Source of the DNA: a virus
Strand: one strand, 5' to 3'
IMG/VR virus record: IMGVR_UViG_3300025168_014097
Span: 17,686-81,685 of that record
Length of the DNA: 64,000 bases
Shown: positions 19,386 to 30,664 of the stretch, in pieces
Layout of the letters: each line of letters opens with the position of its first letter
Numbering within the stretch: position 1 is the stretch's first letter
The notes under the pieces: generated by a model
What the model saw: only the letters and a program-made list of their open reading frames with translations
What the model was told of the DNA's origin: nothing
The model's database searches: none
Program-made: the position numbers and the translations under genes

Positions 19386-19825
19386 TTCTTTATCTTTATT
19401 AGTTTTTTAATCAGCTTACGGTCCATGCCGTAAGTCTCAAGTATATTAGATATATACAATATCCCCCTTTTTTCTCGAAAAAGCAACAATAAATACGATT
19501 TTATTTCAGTTTTTCCTACTTCAAAATGTCGTGATAAATACTCAAGTAATTCGGGATTATATTTGTCAGCTTTTGCAGCCTTTACATACTTGCTAAACAT
19601 TTTCTTCTTTGGAAGAATGCTAGAATACAATTTATACAATTGCTTCTTATCTGTAATATTTAGTGATTGGACTTCGTTTACTATCTCAAGTAAATCAGAG
19701 TTCATAGAGAGCCATCTACTTACCATAAACGAACTCCATGACTTCCAATCACTTTCTGAGTAACTAGTAGCTGGAAGTTTGTTTACAGTTATATTATTGA
19801 TGTGCTCAATTATGCTTTTACTCAT
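19382..19825 (-). CDS. Clamp loader small subunit (T4 gp62-like)
   Basis: FMVSRWLSM...LEIVNEVQ...Y..ILPKKKMFSKY pattern, near the clamp loader ATPase. Start placed at ATG 19825. Confidence 0.65.
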   Translation of the reverse strand: MSKSIIEHINNITVNKLPATSYSESDWKSWSSFMVSRWLSMNSDLLEIVNEVQSLNITDKKQLYKLYSSILPKKKMFSKYVKAAKADKYNPELLEYLSRHFEVGKTEIKSYLLLLFREKRGILYISNILETYGMDRKLIKKLIKIKK

Positions 19826-20090
19826 CTGATGATGTTGGCATCTTCGGAATAAATTCTTCATTCACCCACTTACATGATGAGCATTCAAATACTTGCATTG
19901 GTGCTAGTGTTGGTTTCCCCGATGGTGATAACGACGCTGGAAGTTTCTTGAACATTGATGCTGGTGTGAATGTTGGATTCTCACACTTTTCACATATGAC
20001 ATCTTCTAGTGTATTTGGATCAATACTGATTGGTGTTGGTTCAGAGTTCTTCGGTCCTGAATTCCTTCCTCTATTGTTTACTACTTTCAT
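19818..20090 (-). CDS. Zinc-ribbon hypothetical protein
   Basis: Two CxxC pairs (CEKC, CSSC). Confidence 0.6.
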   Translation of the reverse strand: MKVVNNRGRNSGPKNSEPTPISIDPNTLEDVICEKCENPTFTPASMFKKLPASLSPSGKPTLAPMQVFECSSCKWVNEEFIPKMPTSSDE

Positions 20091-21004
20091 TTTACAGTCT
20101 CTTTTAGCTTTACTAATAAGGCCATGATATTAATTTCTTTATCAACTACCATAGCATCTTTATATTGTGCTTCTGCTATATACATTATAGCTTCTGCTGT
20201 TTGTGTTGTGTATTCATCAGTATTATCGTATAAGAATCTATATACATCTGTAAAATCTGTCGATTTACTGTCTACAACAATTTGTCTCATTTTTGATATA
20301 TTTTCATTGGCTTGGATTGATTTTAATAAATCGTTCATCCAATCAGCTTGAAGCATTGACGTCTCATCAATGACTAATCTACCATCTACTATCTGTCTTT
20401 GCAAACCGTTAATAGCTCTACGTATATCTGGATAAGTGGATTGTACAATTTGAACCAATGCTTGTGCGTATCCAGGTCCATTTCCAACTAATTCTTCATC
20501 ACATATATGCTTTAATCGTATTGCAACTTCTTTTCTTGATGGTGGAGTAATTCCAAATACCTGACATCTACTTTGTATAGGATCAATGATCTTTTCAACG
20601 TAGTTACAAGTAAGAATGAATCTAGTAGTCTTACTGAACGTCTCCATTAAGTTTCGTAATGCTGCTTGTGCATTTGGAGTCAGATAATCTGCTTCATCTA
20701 GAATTACAACCTTTAAAGGACTGAATCCCATTGAGCTTGCAAAATCTCTAATCTTAGTTCTGACCGTATCAACATTGTTTTCATCAGATGCATTAATGTA
20801 CATATGATCACATTCAATATTGTTAACTACGATCTTACCAAGAGTGGTTTTACCAGTTCCAGCTTTCCCATATAATAACAAATGGGGAATATCCCCACTT
20901 GCTATATATGATTGTACCTTTGAAACTATTGCTTCAGATCCAATATACCCTTCCAATGTGTCAGGTCTATACTTTTCTACCCAAAGTGTATTTTCTATAT
21001 TCAT
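20087..21004 (-). CDS. Clamp loader AAA+ subunit (RFC / T4 gp44-like)
   Basis: LWVEKYRP, GKAGTGKTT, INASDE, ILDEAD, QSRC, PDIRRAIN. Confidence 0.93.
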   Translation of the reverse strand: MNIENTLWVEKYRPDTLEGYIGSEAIVSKVQSYIASGDIPHLLLYGKAGTGKTTLGKIVVNNIECDHMYINASDENNVDTVRTKIRDFASSMGFSPLKVVILDEADYLTPNAQAALRNLMETFSKTTRFILTCNYVEKIIDPIQSRCQVFGITPPSRKEVAIRLKHICDEELVGNGPGYAQALVQIVQSTYPDIRRAINGLQRQIVDGRLVIDETSMLQADWMNDLLKSIQANENISKMRQIVVDSKSTDFTDVYRFLYDNTDEYTTQTAEAIMYIAEAQYKDAMVVDKEINIMALLVKLKETVK

Positions 21005-21010
21005 ATTATA

Positions 21011-21040
21011 AATATACGAAATTTATTTGGATTCTGCAAC
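21011..21040 (-). promoter_or_regulatory. Conserved phage early/middle promoter motif upstream of the clamp loader
   Basis: GTTGCAG-N17-TATATT, preceded by TTTCG. Confidence 0.65.
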
Positions 21041-21247
21041 TTTTTTATCGGTATTTATTAGTGATTTTAATGCTTCTAATTTACCATCAGATGTTGCAAT
21101 TGCATCTAGCAATTTATCCATTTCACCAACGACGTCAGGATGTTCTCCTACACCTACTGGATGTTGTAGATAAGTATTTAGATTAGCTACTGCCACAGCT
21201 CTGTCTGCTTCACATTTTTTTACTATTGCGTTTACATATATTTCCAT
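21023..21247 (-). CDS. Small hypothetical phage protein
   Basis: 74 aa containing PVGVGEHPD; packed after groEL. Confidence 0.65.
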   Translation of the reverse strand: MEIYVNAIVKKCEADRAVAVANLNTYLQHPVGVGEHPDVVGEMDKLLDAIATSDGKLEALKSLINTDKKVAESK

Positions 21248-21254
21248 AATCTCT

Positions 21255-23193
<1,939 letters not shown>

Positions 23194-23205
23194 AACTACT
23201 CTCCT

Positions 23206-23937
23206 TTAATTGTTTTGTGTTTGTACTAAATAATAAACAGACTTATAGTCTGGGCCTTCTATTGTTACTCTAGCTAATCCGTCAGGACTAACCTCCATTA
23301 ATCCTGAAGTCATATCTCTATTGGCTAGTAATATTTCCTTCATATGATCTGCTGAAAAAGAAATATATTCTAAATCAGGTACTTCTGTATTTGCGTTTGT
23401 TACATCAAATATAATCTTATTAGTCGCCATCGAGTCTGAGTGACCTATAATTACTTGCAATTTGTCTCCGAAATCATTTGCTACTACTGTGAAATTTGTT
23501 TCTTCAGATAAAGCTGCTTTTGCTCTGATAAATCTAGACACAAAGTCTCCATCTACTGTAATAGTTGTAGTGAATTCTGGTATCTGTTTAAGTTTTGGAG
23601 CTTTTGGTATTATCGATTCTTCTGATAGAATGTACTCTAACATTGTAGTACTGTCAGTCATCCCTATTGAATAATTGCGACCTTCTTGATGATTTACCAA
23701 TACGTTAATATCAGTATCTAATACGCTAATAAGTTTTTTGAGTTGTGATGTTGTGTATATACAATAATCACCTTCTGTGAATCCGATGCCCTTATACTTA
23801 ACGTTTCCTAATAACGTCTTGTCATCAGATATAAAGTTTGTGCGCATCTCTTCTTTAGATACATTCCACTTTACAGATTCGACACCACCTCCTAATGAGT
23901 ATTTGTCTATAAAACCATTTAATTTTTGTTTGTCCAT
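23206..23937 (-). CDS. DNA sliding clamp (T4 gp45-like)
   Basis: 243 aa beta-rich protein with a C-terminal VS.DGL....Y.SVYYL pattern, located between PolB and the clamp loader. Confidence 0.7.
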   Translation of the reverse strand: MDKQKLNGFIDKYSLGGGVESVKWNVSKEEMRTNFISDDKTLLGNVKYKGIGFTEGDYCIYTTSQLKKLISVLDTDINVLVNHQEGRNYSIGMTDSTTMLEYILSEESIIPKAPKLKQIPEFTTTITVDGDFVSRFIRAKAALSEETNFTVVANDFGDKLQVIIGHSDSMATNKIIFDVTNANTEVPDLEYISFSADHMKEILLANRDMTSGLMEVSPDGLARVTIEGPDYKSVYYLVQTQNN

Positions 23938-23978
23938 ATAATAACCTTTATTTTTTCTATATATAAATATATATTAAG

Positions 23979-26492
23979 TTAACTAAAATCGAAAAATTTC
24001 CGTATCATTTTCGTATTTTTTGCTGGTAATTTACCCCACTTCAATGCAGTGTAAAAAGCCGATAATTTATTTTCTAAATCTGACTGAAAGTGTCTATTAT
24101 AGTCGATATATTTTTCTATATATTGAACTATCTCAATCGGATCGTCATATCCCTTCATTGCTAAACTGTCATATCCATAAGGATTCTGTTTCAAGTATAC
24201 CCATTTAATTTTATCACTACTCCGAATCTCACCTAAATGCGTCTGCTTGAGTGCTGTGATCATATCATTGTACGAAATGGCTGCTTTGACATGTGCTGGG
24301 CATCCTTTACGAGTTGCTGTTCGTGTAGACCCATCAAATTCCAACTTATACTTTTGAATATTCTTTACACCCGTCGGCTTAGCTACATCTAGTATAGGAA
24401 GAGTTTCTATCTCATCTCGAAAGTCTAATACTTTATTATCAACATACTCTTGTGTTTTATTTTGTAGAATATCTTGCAATACTCCTGCCATAAAAGTTCT
24501 AAGTGCAGCTGGAAAGTTTGATCGTACAACATCAATACCCTTGACATCTAATTTATCTACTGGGTGTCCCTCAACGTTAATGATCCATTGAGCATATCGT
24601 TTCTTAGCTATCCATATTCCCGCCTTTGCAATAGTCTCTTGTTTAATGTCAAATCTGTGATCGTCTATATTAAACAATTTCTTAGCCATAACATCATATG
24701 TTTTATTCATATGATCTTGAACATCTTTTGCAATGATAAGAATCTTCTCAGACATTATTTTATCGTCTGTTATATCAACGTTGGGATACCGCTTCTTAAC
24801 AAGTGGAAGAGCTGAGAAGAATACTGAGTCGGTATCTGTATAGATGCAATGTTCCTTAACTTCTTCTAACTCTTTGCTATAATACTGATCACCTATTTTA
24901 GCTGTGGTCTTAATTACAGTTTGTCCTGTAGTGGTTACAGCTTCTGCGTTGTCCAAGTCAAAGAATCTAAACGATGCTAAACCTAATACCCCATACATTG
25001 AGTTCAATAGGATCTTTTGAGTATATTGCTTTTGATCGTAGAATTCAGCCTTGACCGTATCACCTTCTTTCTCATACTTCTTACGTAGGTTTTTATACTC
25101 AACTCTTTCTTCAAACCACGTATTCAAAATAGATGGAACAAGTCCAGGTCGCGACTTATCAAACATAACACCATTAGCAGCTACTGAGTAATTCTTTTCT
25201 TCAATGAATTCTTTATACTCAGCCATATGCATTTTCTTATTAGTTTTACCTAACTGAACCGTAAAGTTTCTATCTTTATCCTTATTGAACGCATCTTGAT
25301 CCCAATCAATTACCTTTCCCATTTTAGTTTCAGGACTGATATTGAGTGACATAATAATAGAAGGATATAGGGATGTTAAATCTAAATCGTATATCCACTC
25401 ATACCTACCAGGGTTTGGTACCTTAACAAATGCTCCAGTAAACTTACCTTCCCGCTTACGCTTTTCCGGTTTATTCTTTGTTACGATTCCTAGTCTATTA
25501 CAATATGTAAGAATTGCTCCTTCGAGATAATTAGATGTAATATGGATATACTCATATCGTACATGACCCTTATGACATATTGCTCTAGTCAGATCTAAGA
25601 ATTTTAACTTATCATCTAACCGCTTTACGATCTCAACATCATTTAAGTTATACTCAATATACTTATCAATATCCTTTTCGAATAAATCATCTAGAGTTCC
25701 ATCATACTCAATCTTCCCCAATCCAACTTCAGTCTGTCCTATTGCGTCTAGTCTATACGATGATCTTTCACCAATAGTATATTTACGATATAATGGTAGG
25801 TAATCTAAACAAGACACTCCTTCTATATAATAGCGATCTAAATGCTCTCTATAGTTTACCTTTCCAATGGGACTCAATGAGTTTGCATAATCATCACCCA
25901 ATACAGTTTTTATTCTATTGTAAAGATACGGTACATCAAATCCTTCAATGTTCCATCCAGTGAGAATCGTTGGATCTAATTCTACATACTTCTCTAGAAA
26001 TTTGTATAGAAGTTCTCCTTCAGTTTTACATATTACTACTTCACAATTGTCTTTAGATACACTCTTTACACGATCCTTTTCATCTAATACGAAAACTCCA
26101 TACTTATCTATCGATCGTTCATACCAAGCTATTGCTGTAATCTTATTTACTGGATCTCTCCAATCAGGGAAGCCTTGAAGTATTTCAGTCTCAATATCAA
26201 AGAACACTTCTCTATGATTTGTAGATGGAAAGTCTGAGTCTCCATACTCATGAATCAATGCTTTAGTTTCCATTGGAACATCATATTCATATAGTTTACC
26301 CGATCGTTCATCTTCTTCCGACCATCGTTTAACAACTCGTACAGTTTTACCATCAATAGCTTTCCTCTGACCTCTTGGATCTTTGAGGTAAGCATATCGA
26401 TACTTACTTATCGGGTTCTTGATATGACCTAACTCGTCATCCCAAATATGAACCGTACGAGTTTTGTAATCTACATAAATATTTTGATACAT
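23979..26492 (-). CDS. Family B DNA polymerase with 3'-5' exonuclease
   Basis: FFDIET, GWNIEGFD, YNLND, DLTSLYPS, KILLNSMYG, YTDTDS, KKRY. Confidence 0.96.
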   Translation of the reverse strand: MYQNIYVDYKTRTVHIWDDELGHIKNPISKYRYAYLKDPRGQRKAIDGKTVRVVKRWSEEDERSGKLYEYDVPMETKALIHEYGDSDFPSTNHREVFFDIETEILQGFPDWRDPVNKITAIAWYERSIDKYGVFVLDEKDRVKSVSKDNCEVVICKTEGELLYKFLEKYVELDPTILTGWNIEGFDVPYLYNRIKTVLGDDYANSLSPIGKVNYREHLDRYYIEGVSCLDYLPLYRKYTIGERSSYRLDAIGQTEVGLGKIEYDGTLDDLFEKDIDKYIEYNLNDVEIVKRLDDKLKFLDLTRAICHKGHVRYEYIHITSNYLEGAILTYCNRLGIVTKNKPEKRKREGKFTGAFVKVPNPGRYEWIYDLDLTSLYPSIIMSLNISPETKMGKVIDWDQDAFNKDKDRNFTVQLGKTNKKMHMAEYKEFIEEKNYSVAANGVMFDKSRPGLVPSILNTWFEERVEYKNLRKKYEKEGDTVKAEFYDQKQYTQKILLNSMYGVLGLASFRFFDLDNAEAVTTTGQTVIKTTAKIGDQYYSKELEEVKEHCIYTDTDSVFFSALPLVKKRYPNVDITDDKIMSEKILIIAKDVQDHMNKTYDVMAKKLFNIDDHRFDIKQETIAKAGIWIAKKRYAQWIINVEGHPVDKLDVKGIDVVRSNFPAALRTFMAGVLQDILQNKTQEYVDNKVLDFRDEIETLPILDVAKPTGVKNIQKYKLEFDGSTRTATRKGCPAHVKAAISYNDMITALKQTHLGEIRSSDKIKWVYLKQNPYGYDSLAMKGYDDPIEIVQYIEKYIDYNRHFQSDLENKLSAFYTALKWGKLPAKNTKMIRKFFDFS

Positions 26493-26496
26493 ATAT

Positions 26497-26652
26497 CTAA
26501 ACTAATTCTTCAATTATTCCTACAATTTCACTAACAATTAATACTCCCATTGCTATCGTTAAATCGAAAGGTAATAATATATACCCTAGTATTCTTATTC
26601 CTGATTTTACAAAACTAATTGTCTGATGCATTTTTGCGTCTGGTTGTTTCAT
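26497..26652 (-). CDS. Small hydrophobic hypothetical protein
   Basis: MKQPDAKMHQTISFVKSGIRILGY...EIVGIIEELV; fills the gap before polB. Confidence 0.55.
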   Translation of the reverse strand: MKQPDAKMHQTISFVKSGIRILGYILLPFDLTIAMGVLIVSEIVGIIEELV

Positions 26653-26653
26653 T

Positions 26654-27499
26654 TTACTTCTCCAATATATTGCGCATCCAATTAATATTTGCATTAATCA
26701 TTTTTTCTACCGACATTTGTTTATTGTCAATACTATGCTTCTTAGCTGTTCTCTGAATATGAAAGTCCACCTCTAATTCTGACTTACCGTTCTTCAATCC
26801 AGTTGTACTATCATCTAATAATACACCATTGATCCCATGCCAAAAAGGTGAAGAGCTATCATTCGTGTCCATAACACCTAAAGCTCTCTGTGTGATCAAT
26901 TCTCTTGGTCCATCGCCCAATCCTAAATAGTGATGGGAAAGATCTTTTCTTTGAGATACTAATCCTTCTCTACACATATAAGCAGTTGCAAAAATTCTAT
27001 TAGCTGCTATATCGTTCGTACCAGTCAACCCACAAAATGCATTAGGCATTCCTAATATAGACATTCCCATAACTTTTACTTCTGGAAGCTCTGCTAATCT
27101 TTTATAGCATTCTAACCATCCTTTATAGTTTCCCGTCTCTGATTGTGGTACTGCCATTATTTCATAGTCTTCATCCTTAGCCATTTCAATAAAAGCAACT
27201 GTGGAGTCGTATGTTACACTCCAAGGCTCGAATGGATAATCTGGCGCTACTACATAAGTTGGCTTCACACCACTGTCTGCAATTAACTTCATTAGTGGTT
27301 CTGGATCTAAACTCTTTTTAAATTCAAATGCACCATTATCACATATGATGGTATCACCTCTATCAGCTTTTTCTCTATAATAAGCTGCGTATTGTTTATC
27401 TTTTAATAAATGTGCTAATATCAAGTGAAAATCAGCATCTTCCGGTATAAGGTCTAAATACTCTACTGGAGCTATGTAACCAAATTTAGTTTTTTTCAT
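26654..27499 (-). CDS. dpdA: TGT-fold guanine transglycosylase, DpdA-like (possibly DpdA3 type)
   Basis: TIM-barrel strand motifs IICDNGAFE, VVAPD, MAVPQ, HHYLG and DTNDSS match the TGT/DpdA D-S/N-G, PD, VxQ, HxLG and DS pattern. The gene sits in a folE/queE/queD cluster. Confidence 0.62.
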   Translation of the reverse strand: MKKTKFGYIAPVEYLDLIPEDADFHLILAHLLKDKQYAAYYREKADRGDTIICDNGAFEFKKSLDPEPLMKLIADSGVKPTYVVAPDYPFEPWSVTYDSTVAFIEMAKDEDYEIMAVPQSETGNYKGWLECYKRLAELPEVKVMGMSILGMPNAFCGLTGTNDIAANRIFATAYMCREGLVSQRKDLSHHYLGLGDGPRELITQRALGVMDTNDSSSPFWHGINGVLLDDSTTGLKNGKSELEVDFHIQRTAKKHSIDNKQMSVEKMINANINWMRNILEK

Positions 27500-27947
27500 A
27501 TTTTTTCTTTTCCATATATTGTTTAACTTCTTGTAATCCTAATTCATTATCTTTAAGTAAATATTCTTCAAATGTATTTCGATCAAATTCAATATCCTTT
27601 GAATCTCCTCTACTACAAAATCGTTCAAAACACATATCTAAAGGTGTATTCATCCAAATCATTTCTGCTTCTGGATATGCTGATACAATCTCTACTTGTC
27701 TTGGCCCACTTATTACTACTCCTTTTTTCTTAGTAGTTCGTCTAAGTTCTCCAATCTGATAGATAATTTGTGTAGATATCTCTGGATGACCTTGTAGTTT
27801 ATCTCGCTTATTTGTATCTAATATTCCTCTGACTATGTCTGAGATTTCTATAAGATCATAATCTAAATCATCTGATAGTAATCTAGCTTCATAAGTTTTT
27901 CCGCTACAGATTGTTCCTGCGACAAATATTATATGATCTCTATACAT
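27486..27947 (-). CDS. P-loop nucleoside monophosphate kinase-like protein
   Basis: IFVAGTICSGKT, ISDIVR, VISGPR, CFERFCSRG lid motif. Start placed at ATG 27947. Confidence 0.72.
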   Translation of the reverse strand: MYRDHIIFVAGTICSGKTYEARLLSDDLDYDLIEISDIVRGILDTNKRDKLQGHPEISTQIIYQIGELRRTTKKKGVVISGPRQVEIVSAYPEAEMIWMNTPLDMCFERFCSRGDSKDIEFDRNTFEEYLLKDNELGLQEVKQYMEKKKYEKN

Positions 27948-28287
27948 AGACCTCTGCACCATTCTCGTTATCCTCAAATACGGAGACGTATACGCATTTG
28001 AATTCTTTTAATATTTCTTCAGCTAACATTTCACAGGACTTAGCTCCGAACTCATGTGTCCTGGATTGTAGATTATAATATGTATGTCCTAACCATTGTT
28101 CAATATCTCTCTTGAACATGATAAACTCTACATCTCTATCATCATGATTAACTTGTTTCTTAGCAGTGATAAACCATTTATGTCTATGCATACTTGATAA
28201 GAATCCTACTTCTGGGACTATTGATTGAGCATCTGGCCAATTATGTAATCCTTCTATTTCTAACTTTACTATTACGTTTGTCTTCAT
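27940..28287 (-). CDS. dpdL: Second QueD-like T-fold protein, DpdL-like (7-carboxy-7-deazaguanine decarboxylase candidate)
   Basis: EGLHNW, FLSSMHRHKW, DRDVEF, SCEMLA, VFEDNENGA: a T-fold layout with an LxxxHRH motif in place of QueD's CxxxHGH. The DpdL assignment rests on my recollection of that family's motif. Confidence 0.58.
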   Translation of the reverse strand: MKTNVIVKLEIEGLHNWPDAQSIVPEVGFLSSMHRHKWFITAKKQVNHDDRDVEFIMFKRDIEQWLGHTYYNLQSRTHEFGAKSCEMLAEEILKEFKCVYVSVFEDNENGAEVYV

Positions 28288-28296
28288 ATTACTCTT

Positions 28297-28325
28297 AATA
28301 TACGATTTTTTATTCGATCTAGCTA
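28297..28325 (-). promoter_or_regulatory. Degenerate copy of the early/middle promoter motif
   Basis: AATCGTATATT with a weak upstream TAGCTA at the same 17-nt spacing. Confidence 0.4.
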
Positions 28326-28841
28326 CTAAACCTTTAGAAACTTTTTATATGCACTTGACATTCTATCAAAAAATTTAGTTTTAAGAATAGCAGAATGAGC
28401 TTTATTAAGCTCTTCTCTATCTGCTATATTTATTAAAAATGTTGGTGCAAATGATCTGGGGTTGTATCCATCTATCTCAGTAACTTCATCGTTAGGATTA
28501 AAGCATATGATTTTATATTGTGGATATCTATTCTTTTTAAGTAGTTTGTTTAGAAAACTCTGATAGGATCTAGTTTCATTAGATGATAATTCACCTGAGT
28601 TTACTAGAGCAAATAAAGCTGACTTGTACTTACTTTTATGAAAAACCTCAACACGTTCTATAAACGTTTCAATATTTGGATCAAATACATCTATCATCAT
28701 TAGATCTTTATCTAATTCAGTACCAACAAATGGACAGACCGGCATATTTCCATATTCAGGACGTTTTTGTTTTATGATAAAGTCGAGATAACCCCTAACT
28801 CTCTTTTTTAGAGTTGTATATGGACATCCTGACTTTTTCAT
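28326..28841 (-). CDS. Hypothetical protein (DUF1415-like CPF motif)
   Basis: PVCPF and FNP motifs; lies inside the modification cluster. Confidence 0.55.
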   Translation of the reverse strand: MKKSGCPYTTLKKRVRGYLDFIIKQKRPEYGNMPVCPFVGTELDKDLMMIDVFDPNIETFIERVEVFHKSKYKSALFALVNSGELSSNETRSYQSFLNKLLKKNRYPQYKIICFNPNDEVTEIDGYNPRSFAPTFLINIADREELNKAHSAILKTKFFDRMSSAYKKFLKV

Positions 28842-28844
28842 ATC

Positions 28845-29339
28845 TTACTTAACGTCTTTATCTTTTTGCCACTGACCATCATATAATTCTGCAGAATTGT
28901 TCTCAAACATAATAATTTGAGCTAACCGTGCACCTTTTTCCAATACAACTGATTTGGTAAGTGTCATTACACCACCCATCTGATCCACTTCAAATCCTGG
29001 ATCATACACACCACTTGTTACAGTTCCACCCATTCTAAGAATAGATGATCTCTGACGGATGAATGCAGTTGTCTTATCATCTAGCTTACATCCTTGTTCA
29101 AACGTAACACTATAAATCCCTGGATGTAGTACCCACACATTCCGTTCATCACCTTCTGATTTTTCTACAGTTGATAATGTAACATCATCATATTTATCCA
29201 ACATAGTAGCATCTGAGAATAACATTCCACCTCTGATAGCTTTTACATCTACTACGGTTAGATCATAACCTACTTGAGCTTTTTTTCCTTTACCATTTGT
29301 GGTAAGCATTTGCTCAACTTGATTTGCATTTAATAACAT
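28845..29339 (-). CDS. Trimeric dUTPase/dCTP deaminase family protein
   Basis: GYDL, RSS..RMG, GVYDPGF, GARLAQ, YDGQWQ. Confidence 0.82.
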   Translation of the reverse strand: MLLNANQVEQMLTTNGKGKKAQVGYDLTVVDVKAIRGGMLFSDATMLDKYDDVTLSTVEKSEGDERNVWVLHPGIYSVTFEQGCKLDDKTTAFIRQRSSILRMGGTVTSGVYDPGFEVDQMGGVMTLTKSVVLEKGARLAQIIMFENNSAELYDGQWQKDKDVK

Positions 29340-29340
29340 A

Positions 29341-29490
29341 TTATATCTCGAATCCTAAATTCAATACCATAAGCCTAAATTTACTCCCATACCACTTTAC
29401 TTCTAATACAGTGAAGGTTCCAATTCTACATTCTAAATAATACTTTTCTTTTTTGTTTCCAGCATCAAAGCCGTTTATCCAATTTACCAT
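29341..29490 (-). CDS. Small hypothetical protein (49 aa)
   Basis: Below the ORF-track cutoff: MVNWINGFDAGNKKEKYYLECRIGTFTVLEVKWYGSKFRLMVLNLGFEI. Has a GGAG RBS and fills the gap exactly. Confidence 0.6.
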   Translation of the reverse strand: MVNWINGFDAGNKKEKYYLECRIGTFTVLEVKWYGSKFRLMVLNLGFEI

Positions 29491-29492
29491 TT

Positions 29493-30032
29493 TTATTCTC
29501 CGTTTTCTAATTTGTAAATAGCAGGAAGATTTCTACTTAATCCATTGTCGTCTAATCCATAACCAACGACCCACTCGTCGTTAATTTCAAATCCGTAAAC
29601 ATCCATTGGATGATCTCCACCTTTTCTTTTTAATAATGTTACTATCTTGATACTATTTGGTAATTGTGAACTGAGATGTAAATATACCTCTTTCATTGTT
29701 TCACCCGTATCAATTATATCTTCTATAATATACACATTTTTTCCCTGAATAGCAACTTCTATATCTTTTAATATTTTAACTCCTCCTGAGTTATCCTTTC
29801 CTTCATATGACTTAGCTCTTATAAAATCTATTTCACACAATCCGTGGTATTGTTTTACCAAGTCACTGAAGAACATAAATGCTCCATTTAATACGCATAT
29901 AAATACCGGTGGTGAGGATGCATTTCTTTTATCTTCAACTTGTTCTATCATTTGAGCCATCTCTACAATCCTTGATTGTATCTGGTCGTGTGTTATCATT
30001 TGTTCCATACTAAATATCTTTTCTTGTTTCAT
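29493..30032 (-). CDS. hpt: Hypoxanthine-guanine phosphoribosyltransferase
   Basis: ICVLNGAFMFFSDL, KSY, PRPP-binding IIEDIIDTGET, WVVGYGLD, RNLP. Start placed at ATG 30032. Confidence 0.9.
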   Translation of the reverse strand: MKQEKIFSMEQMITHDQIQSRIVEMAQMIEQVEDKRNASSPPVFICVLNGAFMFFSDLVKQYHGLCEIDFIRAKSYEGKDNSGGVKILKDIEVAIQGKNVYIIEDIIDTGETMKEVYLHLSSQLPNSIKIVTLLKRKGGDHPMDVYGFEINDEWVVGYGLDDNGLSRNLPAIYKLENGE

Positions 30033-30033
30033 G

Positions 30034-30498
30034 TTATTCTTTATATATCGCTGAATTATTGCCATTTTCCATAAACTCTACACTTGAGATTTTAACACGG
30101 CCATCAGTTTCTAGTTGTACAAACTTGTTTAGTTTATTAAACACATACTCTGCAAACTTCTCTGCTCCAGTAGCTTCAACTTCTCTTAACTGTATAACTC
30201 CTAGATCAGATAATGATTGAAACATTAATGCTTCTGGATCATCTTTAGCTATAACGACTGTATGATCAAACATATAGTCCATCCATGCTTTTGGTTGCAT
30301 ACCATCTATAAGATTTTTAGCTCTCTTCATGCCTCCGAAGTCCCATACCCAATTTTTATGATCCAACTCTCCTTCAAATACTACCTTGAATGATACAGCG
30401 TATCCATGTAAATATTTACAATGAGTTTCTACTGCTTTCCATTGTCTAAAGCAGCAAGTGAATCCACTGAATAGTTTGGTTGATTGATATTTTGCCAT
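30034..30498 (-). CDS. queD: 6-carboxy-5,6,7,8-tetrahydropterin synthase
   Basis: HCKYLHGY, WVWDFG, FDHT, GAEKFA, VEFMENGNNSA. Start placed at ATG 30498. Confidence 0.88.
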   Translation of the reverse strand: MAKYQSTKLFSGFTCCFRQWKAVETHCKYLHGYAVSFKVVFEGELDHKNWVWDFGGMKRAKNLIDGMQPKAWMDYMFDHTVVIAKDDPEALMFQSLSDLGVIQLREVEATGAEKFAEYVFNKLNKFVQLETDGRVKISSVEFMENGNNSAIYKE

Positions 30499-30505
30499 AT
30501 TGTAT

Positions 30506-30664
30506 TTACCCTTTATTGTTTTGTTTATCATATTGATGTATAGCTATTCTTAACTTTGTAATTAAATCTTTTACATCATCTGGATCTAGTGTTATTGCGC
30601 AACATGTATCCTCAATATGATCTTCTAGTTCTTTTACAATAGCATATATTTCTTTTACAGTCAT
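30506..30664 (-). CDS. Small hypothetical protein (52 aa)
   Basis: Below the ORF-track cutoff: MTVKEIYAIVKELEDHIEDTCCAITLDPDD... Its start overlaps the queE stop (TAATG). Confidence 0.55.
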   Translation of the reverse strand: MTVKEIYAIVKELEDHIEDTCCAITLDPDDVKDLITKLRIAIHQYDKQNNKG

